Sequence record: SRR20825019_912
Strand: one strand, 5' to 3'
Length of the DNA stretch: 32,512 bases
Position numbers and translations under genes: made by a program. Positions 18,569 through 26,866 of the stretch are shown piece by piece; position 1 is the stretch's first letter; each line of letters opens with the position of its first letter. The notes under the pieces are model-generated. The model did no database searches and was not told where the DNA came from. It was given only the letters and a program-made list of their open reading frames with translations.

Positions 18569-19000
18569 GTGCATACAGTACTATTTCGCCGACCCCATAG
18601 CTGTTTTGCCGTCCTCATGCTGGGCCTTTTGGCCGCGTGCGGGCCTACAACACCGGCCCCTGAAGTGGTGGCCCCCGCCCCGGTGATCGAACCCGCACCG
18701 CAGCCGCTTGCGGAAATTCACCCGCGTGAACCCGCAAACCCGGAGCGACTGATAGGGCAAAACCCGCAATCTGTGCTGAACCTGATGGGGGCGCCAACCC
18801 TGGTGCGGCGCGATGACACCGTGCAGGTAATGCTGTTTGAAAACGCGTCGTGTGTGTTTGAGGTGGTGTTTTTCGAGCCCGATACAAACGCCTATTTTGA
18901 AGCCCGGCATATTGCGGCCCGCACACCCGGCGGTGTAAAGGTGGGAACGGATGAGTGCCTTGCTGCCCATTTGCCCGGCGGCCACTGGCCAGATGAATAA
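18569..19000 (+). CDS. Putative lipoprotein
   Basis: Lipobox LLAAC after a hydrophobic stretch, Pro-rich linker, GAPTLVRRD...C motif; GTG at 18569 follows AAGGAG. Confidence 0.75.
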   Translation: MHTVLFRRPHSCFAVLMLGLLAACGPTTPAPEVVAPAPVIEPAPQPLAEIHPREPANPERLIGQNPQSVLNLMGAPTLVRRDDTVQVMLFENASCVFEVVFFEPDTNAYFEARHIAARTPGGVKVGTDECLAAHLPGGHWPDE

Positions 19001-19032
19001 GCGCCACCCGTTGGCGACGAAGGGGAGACCAT

Positions 19033-19266
19033 ATGCGCGTTGACGCACGAACCATTATCAAGCTGGCGATCTACAGCTTTCTCGTTGGCGCGCTTCTCTA
19101 TTGGCTGAACTGGAGCCCCGGTGACGTCTACGGCTGGGCAATTAACACCCTCGCTGCTTTCTGGGACTGGCTTGTGGGCACAGGGCTTCAATATGTGCTG
19201 CTGGGTGCCACCATTGTGGTGCCGGTGTATTTCCTTATGCAGCTTAAAAACAAGCGGCGGAGCTGA
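19033..19266 (+). CDS. Small membrane protein (DUF6460-like)
   Basis: KLAIYSFLVGALL...P and YVLLGATIVVP pattern; GGAG RBS; TGATG overlap with the next gene. Confidence 0.7.
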   Translation: MRVDARTIIKLAIYSFLVGALLYWLNWSPGDVYGWAINTLAAFWDWLVGTGLQYVLLGATIVVPVYFLMQLKNKRRS

Positions 19267-19919
19267 TGGCGAAGTTCTTCGACCCCAAATCGGCAGGCAA
19301 ACCGGATGACGACGCCCGCCTGAACGCCCCCGCCACCGAGCGCAACCGTGGTGTTATCCTGGAGCTGCTTGAGGGGTGCCTGCCGCGTGACGGTGTTCTC
19401 CTCGAGGTGGCATCAGGCACCGGCGAACATGCCTCCCATATGGCGCCGCGCCTCAAGCCGCTTTACTGGCAACCAACCGATATTGACGACCGGCACCTCA
19501 CCAGCATTGATGCCTGGGCCAAGCATGTAGGGACTGAAAATCTGCTGCCTGCCCGCCGCTTCAATGTGCTTGAAGACGATTGGCGCTTTGAAGGCCTGCC
19601 CGCGCGCATAAGCGCCGTTGCGGCTATCAACCTCATCCACATCGCGCCATGGCCTGTGGCTGAGGCGCTGATCAAAGGTGCGGGCAAAATCCTTGAGGCC
19701 GGTGACACCTTATATATGTACGGCCCCTACAAGCAGAAGGGCGCTCACACGGCCCCTTCAAATGCCGCGTTTGATATGTCGCTCAAACGGCAAAACCCTG
19801 AGTGGGGCGTGCGTGACCTTGAAGCGGTGATGGACCTTGCCGAAAAGGCTGGTTTCAACGACCTTGATATGGTGGGCATGCCCGCCAACAATTTTTCCCT
19901 GATTTTCACCAAAGGCTGA
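19266..19919 (+). CDS. DUF938 SAM-dependent methyltransferase (METTL26-like)
   Basis: APATERN, LEVASGTGEH, WQPTD, NLIHIAPW, YGPY, SNAAFD, WGVRD, MPANN. Confidence 0.92.
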   Translation: MAKFFDPKSAGKPDDDARLNAPATERNRGVILELLEGCLPRDGVLLEVASGTGEHASHMAPRLKPLYWQPTDIDDRHLTSIDAWAKHVGTENLLPARRFNVLEDDWRFEGLPARISAVAAINLIHIAPWPVAEALIKGAGKILEAGDTLYMYGPYKQKGAHTAPSNAAFDMSLKRQNPEWGVRDLEAVMDLAEKAGFNDLDMVGMPANNFSLIFTKG

Positions 19920-20103
19920 GCGGACACCTGCCGGTAACGGACATTAGCGTCTGGCTTCCTGTTGCATGGTCATAAGATTTGTTATGATATTACGTCCCAA
20001 CGTATCAGACAAACGGTTCACCGCAAATCCGTTGTATATCTTCCGGTATACGCCTGTTTTCGACCGACAAGCAGATACGCTTGTGACAATGATGGGGAAT
20101 ATC

Positions 20104-20955
20104 ATGAAAAAAATTGCCGCACTCGCGATTGCGCTGCTGTTGCCATTCGTTTCTGCCACGGCAGGCGAGGCACGACCGTATGAAATGCCGAGAACCGAGG
20201 TTGTGCCTATTGAGGACAGCAACACCGGCAGGCAGTATGAGCTATATATCAAGCTTCCGGAACAATACGCGGAAGATGCCAGCAAAAACTATCCGGTCAT
20301 TTATATGACCGATGCGGACATGCAGATGGCGCTTCTTTCCGGCACGACCGCTTTTCTGATGCCCGAGGCCATCCTTGTTGGCATTACGGGGCAGAAGGAC
20401 AAAAACGGCAATATCGTGCCGGGCAGCCGGGGGCGCGACTTCTCGCTGATCAAATATGACCATGTGGAACGCCCAACGGGTGAAGCGGGGAACTATCTGT
20501 CGTTCCTCGGGCGTGATGTCATCCCTTATGTGGAGGGAAATTTTCGCGCCAACCCTGAAAAGCGGGCCTATTGGGGCTATTCTTCTGCGGCGGAGTTTGG
20601 CGCATATGCTGTGCTCGCGAAACCTGAAACATTCAAATACTACGTCCTTGGCAGCCCCGCTCTCGACAAGCTCAGCATGAAATATCTGGACGAGCTGGAA
20701 GCCGAGTCGGCATCTGAACAGGCAGCAACCGGTCAAAATGGGCCAAACATCAATGTCTTTGTATCCATGGCCGAACATGACAGGCCCGGCAGGATGGAAC
20801 TGGCCGAGGAGCTTGTCACGGTTTTTGGCCGCCGCGGCAACAGTGGCCTGTCGGTAACCGGCTTGGAGGTTATCGGGAATTCAAATCACATGACGGCAGT
20901 ACCGGAAACCTTCCTGCGCAGCATCAAATGGCTCGCGGCACACACTGCTGAATGA
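20104..20955 (+). CDS. Secreted alpha/beta-hydrolase esterase (IroE/BesA-like)
   Basis: Signal peptide; YELYIKLP, YPVIYMTDAD, RGRDF, nucleophile elbow WGYSSAA, C-terminal NHM His. Confidence 0.85.
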   Translation: MKKIAALAIALLLPFVSATAGEARPYEMPRTEVVPIEDSNTGRQYELYIKLPEQYAEDASKNYPVIYMTDADMQMALLSGTTAFLMPEAILVGITGQKDKNGNIVPGSRGRDFSLIKYDHVERPTGEAGNYLSFLGRDVIPYVEGNFRANPEKRAYWGYSSAAEFGAYAVLAKPETFKYYVLGSPALDKLSMKYLDELEAESASEQAATGQNGPNINVFVSMAEHDRPGRMELAEELVTVFGRRGNSGLSVTGLEVIGNSNHMTAVPETFLRSIKWLAAHTAE

Positions 20956-20997
20956 TTTCCCTTCATGGGGAAAGACCGAAGAGGGAAAGACAGGATC

Positions 20998-21876
20998 ATG
21001 AAACATTTTTGCGCGTCAGTTGCCTTATTGCTCGCCTCTGGTGCCATCACCGGCACCAGCCATGCCGGAGATGAAACACCGGTGGCAACAGGTCCTTACC
21101 TTGGGCAAACACCGCCCGGCGACACCCCTGAGCCCTTCGCGCCTGGCATTGTGGTGACAGACGGGTGGGAATATGGCCTTAGCTTCGCACCCGATATGGA
21201 CGAGGCCTATTTCATCCGCGCCAACCCGGATACCGGTGATCACGAGTTTATCCTTCTCGAACAGAAGAAGGATGGCTGGTACAAGAAAGTCGCCTCACCC
21301 CGGCAGGGGCAGCCGGTCTTCTCCCCGGACGGCAAGACCATGCACCTGGGGCGGCGCTATAAGGAGCGCACGGAGGGTGGCTGGTCAGACGTGAAAATGC
21401 TGGAAGCGCCCTTCAATGAATTTCTGATCATGCGGATGTCATCTTCCCGGCACGGCACTCTTTATTTCGATACCTATGATGAAAACAATGACGCTTTCCC
21501 CCTGCGCTTTTCCAAACTGGTGGACGGCGAGCGGCAAGCACCGCAGGCCCTGGGCGCAAACATCAACACCGGCACCTATATGGCCCACCCTTTCATCGCG
21601 CCGGACGAGAGCTACCTGATCTGGGACGCAAAAAGGGAAGACGGCTACGGCGATTCGGATATTTACATCAGCTACCGGCAAGCTGACGGCACGTGGGGCA
21701 AAGCCATCAACCTGGGCGACACGATAAACACAAGCGCATGGGAAGCGGCCGCAGGCGTGACACCAGACGGCAAATACCTGTTCTTCAACAGGAACATGAA
21801 GCCCGGCACCTATGAAAATGTCGATATCTTCTGGGTGGATGCCAGCTTTATCGAAGACCTCAGGCCAAAACAATAA
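20998..21876 (+). CDS. Secreted PD40/TolB-like beta-propeller protein, paralog 1
   Basis: Signal peptide ending SHA; GPYLGQTPPG...FAPG; SPDGKT, HPFIAPDESY, VTPDGKYLFF repeats. Confidence 0.9.
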   Translation: MKHFCASVALLLASGAITGTSHAGDETPVATGPYLGQTPPGDTPEPFAPGIVVTDGWEYGLSFAPDMDEAYFIRANPDTGDHEFILLEQKKDGWYKKVASPRQGQPVFSPDGKTMHLGRRYKERTEGGWSDVKMLEAPFNEFLIMRMSSSRHGTLYFDTYDENNDAFPLRFSKLVDGERQAPQALGANINTGTYMAHPFIAPDESYLIWDAKREDGYGDSDIYISYRQADGTWGKAINLGDTINTSAWEAAAGVTPDGKYLFFNRNMKPGTYENVDIFWVDASFIEDLRPKQ

Positions 21877-21897
21877 ACACCGATAGAGGGGGATACC

Positions 21898-22791
21898 ATG
21901 ACGCGCGCTTATTTAAAACCAGCCCTGCTGTTTTCCGCGATGACAATCGGCGGCGCCAGCCATGCCGGGGATGAACTGCCGGGCCTGAGCGGCCCTTATC
22001 TCGGGCAAACACCGCCGGGTATGGCGGCGGAACCTTTTGCGCCCGGCCTTGTGAACACTCAGGAATGGGGGGATGCGATTGGCTTCTCCCTGGATATGAA
22101 CACGTTTTATATCAATCGGTGGCGGCACTCTCGAGACGTGCCAGAACCGCAAAATGTCACGTTTAAAAGAACGACTGATGGCTGGCAGAGGGAAGTGGTG
22201 CCAGCGGGAACGCGCAAACCCTTCCACGCGCCAGACGGGAAGACCCTCTATTACCGCGCCCAATACAAGGAACGCACGGCTGACGGCTGGTCAGAGCTGA
22301 AAAGCCTCGGCCCCGCTTTTGAAGCCATCCAGATCATGGGCCTGACAGCTTCCAGAGATGGCACATTGGTGCTGGACGAGCGCGGCAGCCGGGAGGGTGA
22401 CGGCATCCTTCGCACCTCACGGCTGGTGGGTGGCAAACGGGAAGACCCGAAACCGCTGCCAAAAATGATCAACACCGGCACATGGAACGCCCACCCCTTC
22501 ATAGCACCAGATGAGAGCTACCTCATGTGGGACGGCGAGCGAGAGAGCGGCTATGGCGCCAACGACCTTTATATCAGCTTCCGGCAGCCAGACGGCTCAT
22601 GGGGCGAGGCGATCAACATGGGCGACAAGGTCAACACAGCGGCGGAAGAAGGCGGCCCACAGGTCACACCTGACGGCAAATATCTCTTCTTCAACCGGAT
22701 GGTGCCAAAAGCCGACGACGATGCGAACCGTCAATCAGACCTCTATTGGATTGATGCGCAAATCGTCAAAGACCTCAGGCCCAAAAAATAA
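21898..22791 (+). CDS. Secreted PD40/TolB-like beta-propeller protein, paralog 2
   Basis: Same motif set as paralog 1; GAGGGG RBS. Confidence 0.9.
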   Translation: MTRAYLKPALLFSAMTIGGASHAGDELPGLSGPYLGQTPPGMAAEPFAPGLVNTQEWGDAIGFSLDMNTFYINRWRHSRDVPEPQNVTFKRTTDGWQREVVPAGTRKPFHAPDGKTLYYRAQYKERTADGWSELKSLGPAFEAIQIMGLTASRDGTLVLDERGSREGDGILRTSRLVGGKREDPKPLPKMINTGTWNAHPFIAPDESYLMWDGERESGYGANDLYISFRQPDGSWGEAINMGDKVNTAAEEGGPQVTPDGKYLFFNRMVPKADDDANRQSDLYWIDAQIVKDLRPKK

Positions 22792-22823
22792 CACCGCTAT
22801 GAGCCTTACCTAAGGACGAGATT

Positions 22824-23705
22824 ATGCTACGTGCGTTTACCTCCACAGCCCTGTTGTTTTCTGCACTGACAATGAGCGGAGCCAGCCTTGCGGGAAATGA
22901 CCCATCCATACCGGTAGGGCCTTACCTTGGGCAAACTCCGCCGGGCCTAACGCCAGAGGTGTTTGCACCCGGCATTGTCTCGAAAGAGCACCGCGAGCTG
23001 AGCGGTTTTTTCGCGCCCGACATGAAAGAATATTATTTCACCAAAAAAACACCGGACGACGGCAAGTGGTGGCTCGTTACCATGAAGCAGGAAAACGGCC
23101 GGTGGCATGAGGCTGGTGTGACGGCACGGGTTGGGCGCCCGATCTTAACGCCAGACGGCAAAACCATGCTGCTCGACAAGCAGTATAGGGAACGCACGGA
23201 GAGCGGTTGGTCTGAGGTCAAAAGCCTTGGCCCCTTCTTTGAAGACATCCGCATCATGCGCCTCACAGCCAGCGCAAATGGCACCTATGTTTTGGATGAA
23301 GCCACGCGGGACGGCAAGGGCGTGCTGCGGGCCTCCCGCCTGATGGGCGGTGAACGCGAAGCCCCAAAACCGCTGCCCGATACGATCAATACTGGCACAT
23401 GGAATGCCCACCCCTTCATCGCGCCGGATGAAAGCTACATCATCTGGGACGGTGAAAGGGAAAGCGGGCAAGGCGATAGTGATCTCTATATCAGCTTCCG
23501 GCAGGAGGATGGGTCATGGGGTGACGCCATCAATATGGGCGACGAGGTCAACACGGCTGCGATGGAGTCCGGGGCCTATGTATCGCCAGATGGCAACTAT
23601 CTTTTCTTCAACAGAAATGTGAGCCACCCGGACAGTGCTGACAATATCGATATATTCTGGGTAGACGCTCAGGTTATCAAGTACCTGAGGCCCAAGCCTC
23701 AATAA
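22824..23705 (+). CDS. Secreted PD40/TolB-like beta-propeller protein, paralog 3
   Basis: Same motif set; AAGGA RBS; 3' end overlaps the convergent gene by 7 nt. Confidence 0.9.
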   Translation: MLRAFTSTALLFSALTMSGASLAGNDPSIPVGPYLGQTPPGLTPEVFAPGIVSKEHRELSGFFAPDMKEYYFTKKTPDDGKWWLVTMKQENGRWHEAGVTARVGRPILTPDGKTMLLDKQYRERTESGWSEVKSLGPFFEDIRIMRLTASANGTYVLDEATRDGKGVLRASRLMGGEREAPKPLPDTINTGTWNAHPFIAPDESYIIWDGERESGQGDSDLYISFRQEDGSWGDAINMGDEVNTAAMESGAYVSPDGNYLFFNRNVSHPDSADNIDIFWVDAQVIKYLRPKPQ

Positions 23706-24331
23706 AGCTCGTTTTTGAAGTTCTCGACCGCGGCATCAAGGTCGCGGATGGGCATATCAAGGTCCATATGGTCGCGGAACATCTCACCCGCGCTTGGGAG
23801 CGCTGAACGGTCTGGCCAGCAGTCTGGCTCCCACAGGCGGGAGCGCAGGAACGCTTTTGAGCAGTGCAGGAAAGCGGTTTCCACGCTCACCCTGATCACC
23901 GAAAGCGGCTTCTTGAGGCCGGTCTCAAACCGGGCGCGCAAGCCTTCGTCTGTAATGATTTCAGCGGTGCCCAGAATACGCAGGGTCTCCCCCACATTGG
24001 GGATAAGGAAAATGAGGCTCACGCTCGGGTTAATGAGGATGTTTTTGAGCGAATCGAGCCGCCGGTTACCCGGCCAGTCAGGCAGCAGGAGCGTAGTATC
24101 ACCCTCCACCTGCACGCTGCCCGGCGCATCGCCGCGCGGGGTCACATCTACCTTCGCGCCGCTTGCGGTCGCCATGAGGAAAAAGGGCGAAAGCTCAATG
24201 AAGCGTTTGCAGTGCTTATCAAGCGCGGGCAGTTCCTTATTCAGGCCCTTCATGCTTGGCACACCATAATGTGCCTCAAGCGCCTCAAGCGTTTCGATGC
24301 GCTGAACATTCTCTTGCGGTGTATTAGCCAT
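23699..24331 (-). CDS. Pyridoxamine 5'-phosphate oxidase-family FMN-binding protein (MSMEG_1061-like)
   Basis: FIELSPF, DVTPRGD, PDWPGNRRLDSL, ETLRILG, HCSKAFLRSRLW; ATG at 24331 follows GGAGG. Confidence 0.9.
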   Translation of the reverse strand: MANTPQENVQRIETLEALEAHYGVPSMKGLNKELPALDKHCKRFIELSPFFLMATASGAKVDVTPRGDAPGSVQVEGDTTLLLPDWPGNRRLDSLKNILINPSVSLIFLIPNVGETLRILGTAEIITDEGLRARFETGLKKPLSVIRVSVETAFLHCSKAFLRSRLWEPDCWPDRSALPSAGEMFRDHMDLDMPIRDLDAAVENFKNELY

Positions 24332-24368
24332 CACTTCCCTCCCAGGTGTTCAGTCCGGGACTGGGCAC

Positions 24369-25274
24369 CTAAACGGCGGAAGCTTCCCGGCCTGCATCCG
24401 CGCTGTCATTAGCTTGTGTGCCTGTGCCCATATCAAAGTGCTTTGAATAGCGGCTGGCGATGCGTTCAACCGGTAACAGGATAAACACATCCGTGGTGCC
24501 AAACTGTTTGTCCACCACCGCACCATCGCCGATAAAACAGCCGATGCGCAAGTAGCCCTTGATCAGCGGCGGCAGGGCCCGGCGGGCCCGGCGGGTGTCA
24601 ATCTCATCCGCCGCCATGGTGTTCATCTCCACATACTGGCCATCAAGCGCACGCACGTGGAAATCATCCGCCACCAGATGGTTGTGATAGAGGTAGGCCA
24701 GCGCTTCCTTGAACTCAGCAGGGTCTGTGCCCTCAAAGCTGGCGCAGCCAAACATATAAGCGATGTTGTGTTCCTTGAGGTATTCTGAAATGCCTTTCCA
24801 CAGCATGTTGATGGTGGAATTGGCGCGGTAATCCTTGTGCACGCACGACCGGCCAAGCTCAAGCAGCTGGCGGCCTTCGCCCATTTGCGCACGGAAGCCT
24901 TTTGAGTTCATCGGCGTGAGGTCAAACTCACCACCGGAATAAAAACCGTTATGGGCGTCTGCCACTTCTTGCCGCAAGAGCCGGTAGGTGCCCACAACGC
25001 GCTTGCCCTTTTTGCGGTCATGGTCGATCACCAGAAGGTGGTCACACACCGCGTCATAGGGGTCGATATCGCGTTTGGTCATACGCATGCGCCAATCCGG
25101 CTTGGCATGCATTTCCTCGTAGAATATCTTGTAGCGCAGCTTTTGCGCCCATTTGATTTCCTTGAAAGACCGCGCGAGACGAACCTCTAGGCTGCCTTGT
25201 CGCACATAAGACGGCGCGCCAGCCAGGGTTTGTGCGGCGGCAACGCGGGGGCGAATGAGAGCATATTTTTTCAT
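24369..25274 (-). CDS. olsB: GNAT-fold ornithine N-acyltransferase (OlsB-like, ornithine lipid synthesis)
   Basis: LRYKIFYEE, DHLLVID, VVGTYRLL, FYSGGEFD, LELGRSCV, FGCASF, PPLIKGYLR, D.QFGTTDV; upstream Pho-box-like array. Confidence 0.82.
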   Translation of the reverse strand: MKKYALIRPRVAAAQTLAGAPSYVRQGSLEVRLARSFKEIKWAQKLRYKIFYEEMHAKPDWRMRMTKRDIDPYDAVCDHLLVIDHDRKKGKRVVGTYRLLRQEVADAHNGFYSGGEFDLTPMNSKGFRAQMGEGRQLLELGRSCVHKDYRANSTINMLWKGISEYLKEHNIAYMFGCASFEGTDPAEFKEALAYLYHNHLVADDFHVRALDGQYVEMNTMAADEIDTRRARRALPPLIKGYLRIGCFIGDGAVVDKQFGTTDVFILLPVERIASRYSKHFDMGTGTQANDSADAGREASAV

Positions 25275-25310
25275 AAGGCAATCCTAATAACGACCCATAG
25301 TGGCGGTATT

Positions 25311-25339
25311 GTTACAGACGCTTGAACATACCGTGACAT
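25311..25339 (-). promoter_or_regulatory. Pho-box-like (PhoB) heptamer array upstream of the olsB-like gene
   Basis: Minus strand ATGTCAC-GGTA-TGTTCAA-GCGT-CTGTAAC: three heptamers at an exact 11-bp period resembling CTGTCAT. Confidence 0.6.
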
Positions 25340-25345
25340 CAGATG

Positions 25346-26692
25346 TCATATGTCGGCCTTCCCTTTGCCGGTTGCAAGGCCAGTTGCAAGAGTACCCCCT
25401 CCCACCGACTTTTTCCACAAAACCATCAGGAGAACGAGGCCGGGCAGCGCAAGCGCTGTGGCATATAGGAAAAATTCAAACCAGCCAACGGCTTCCGCAA
25501 CATAGCCGCTGGGCGCACCCAGAACCGTGCGCGCCTGATTACCGAGCGACGACAAAAGCGCATATTGGGTGGCGGTGAAATTCACGTTACAAAGCCCGGC
25601 GAAATAGGCAATGACCACGGTGGTGCCAAGGCCGGTAGCAAAATTCTCAAGCCCCACGGTGAGACCCAAACGCCAACCTTCCGTGGCGCTGGTTGCAAGC
25701 CATGCGAAGCCGAGGTTGGTAAGCATCATGAGGATACCGGTCAGGAGAAGCGCCTGATAGATACCGATACGCTTATAAAGCACGGCGCCAAGGGCAACCC
25801 CCACCATCAGCGTGATGAAACCCACCGTTTTGTTCGCTGTGGCTATATCAAGGTCTGAATAGCCAAGCTCAACGATCAATGGCCCTGTCATGATCGCGGT
25901 GACAGCATCGCCCGCCTTGAAGAAAAAGATGAACAGCAGAATGAGCAGCCAATGCTCGCGCCGGGTAAATTCCTTGAACGGCAGGTACACCGCTTCGCGC
26001 AGGCGTTCCAGTACCACCGGCAGGCTCTTGTGGGCTTCACGCTCAGCCTTGATGAAATCACCGTCCTGTTTGCGTTCGGGCTCCCCCACCCAAAGGGCGG
26101 CAAGCACACCGGGCACCAGAAGAAGCGGCAGCAAAAGGATGGCGGCAGACCAGCCGTAAAAATACGCAAACGCCACCACGCCCGCGCCCGCAATAAAGTT
26201 TGCGGTGCGGTAGCCAAACACATAAGACGCGGCGCTATACCCTTGGTCTTCATCCTCGATGATCTCGATCCGGTAGGCGTCGATCACGATATCCTGGCTG
26301 GCGGAGAGGAAAGCGATGAACGCCGCGAGCACCGCAACGCTATAAAGCTCTGTCGCGGGCTCTAACGTCGCCATGGCAATGAGCGAACCGGCCATCATCG
26401 CCTGAATGGCAAACAGCCACCCCCGGCGCTGGCCAAAAACTTTGGTGATGGGGCCAAGCGGCAATCGGTCGATCGCCGGGGACCAGAGAAACTTCCAAGT
26501 GTAAAATGTGGTGATCAGGGCAAACAGGCCAACATCTGATTTGCTGACACCTTCGCGGCTGAGCCATATGCCGAGAAGCGAGATGACAAAAGTGAGCGGG
26601 AAGCCGCTTGCCATGCCAAGCCCGAAGGTGGCGACGATGCGCTTGTCACCATATGGTTTCAACCCGTCGATAAAGTCCCTGTAGGTTGCCAC
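25346..26692 (-). CDS. ampG: AmpG-family muropeptide MFS permease
   Basis: LGMASGFP, KFLWSPAID, GQRRGW, SASQDIVIDAYRIE, FTATQYALLSS; GTG at 26692 follows GGGAGG. Confidence 0.93.
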   Translation of the reverse strand: MATYRDFIDGLKPYGDKRIVATFGLGMASGFPLTFVISLLGIWLSREGVSKSDVGLFALITTFYTWKFLWSPAIDRLPLGPITKVFGQRRGWLFAIQAMMAGSLIAMATLEPATELYSVAVLAAFIAFLSASQDIVIDAYRIEIIEDEDQGYSAASYVFGYRTANFIAGAGVVAFAYFYGWSAAILLLPLLLVPGVLAALWVGEPERKQDGDFIKAEREAHKSLPVVLERLREAVYLPFKEFTRREHWLLILLFIFFFKAGDAVTAIMTGPLIVELGYSDLDIATANKTVGFITLMVGVALGAVLYKRIGIYQALLLTGILMMLTNLGFAWLATSATEGWRLGLTVGLENFATGLGTTVVIAYFAGLCNVNFTATQYALLSSLGNQARTVLGAPSGYVAEAVGWFEFFLYATALALPGLVLLMVLWKKSVGGGTLATGLATGKGKADI

Positions 26693-26720
26693 GCGGGCCC
26701 TCCCTTTAGTGCTAAAACAA

Positions 26721-26839
26721 GTGTGGCACACTACGCCACACCTACGCCGCAAAAACGCGCACACTTACGCCACACATGCCACATTTATACCCCGGATTCC
26801 GCCACACATTTCGCCACACTTCTATAGTCGTGCGGCACA
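26721..26839. repeat. Array of GCCACAC-type heptamers upstream of ampG, bracketed by inverted copies
   Basis: Exact GCCACAC at 26735, 26769, 26801, 26813; variants GCCGCAA 26746, GCGCACAC 26757, GCCACAT 26778; inverted GTGTGGC at 26721 and GTGCGGC at 26830. Confidence 0.85.
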
Positions 26840-26866
26840 ATTATGGCCGAAGCTATCCCGCAGGCA

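Noticed and set aside
19990-20070. LytTR-type direct repeats upstream of the esterase
   Set aside because: The best pair (ACGTCCCAAC / ACGGTTCACC, 21 bp apart) has 4 of 10 mismatches, too weak to call by eye.
26693-26815. Short minus-strand ORFs in the repeat array (MCGGIRGINVACVA, MWHVWRKCARFCGVGVA) and the Cys-rich N-terminal extension of ampG
   Set aside because: No RBS, and the composition is explained by the repeats. The GTG at 26692 has a strong GGGAGG.
26721-26839. CRISPR array, DnaA-box origin or plasmid iterons as the explanation for the ampG upstream repeats
   Set aside because: Units are 7-8 bp with 2-5 bp spacers, far too short for CRISPR, and no cas or rep gene is nearby. The repeats do not match TTATCCACA, and there is no AT-rich unwinding element.
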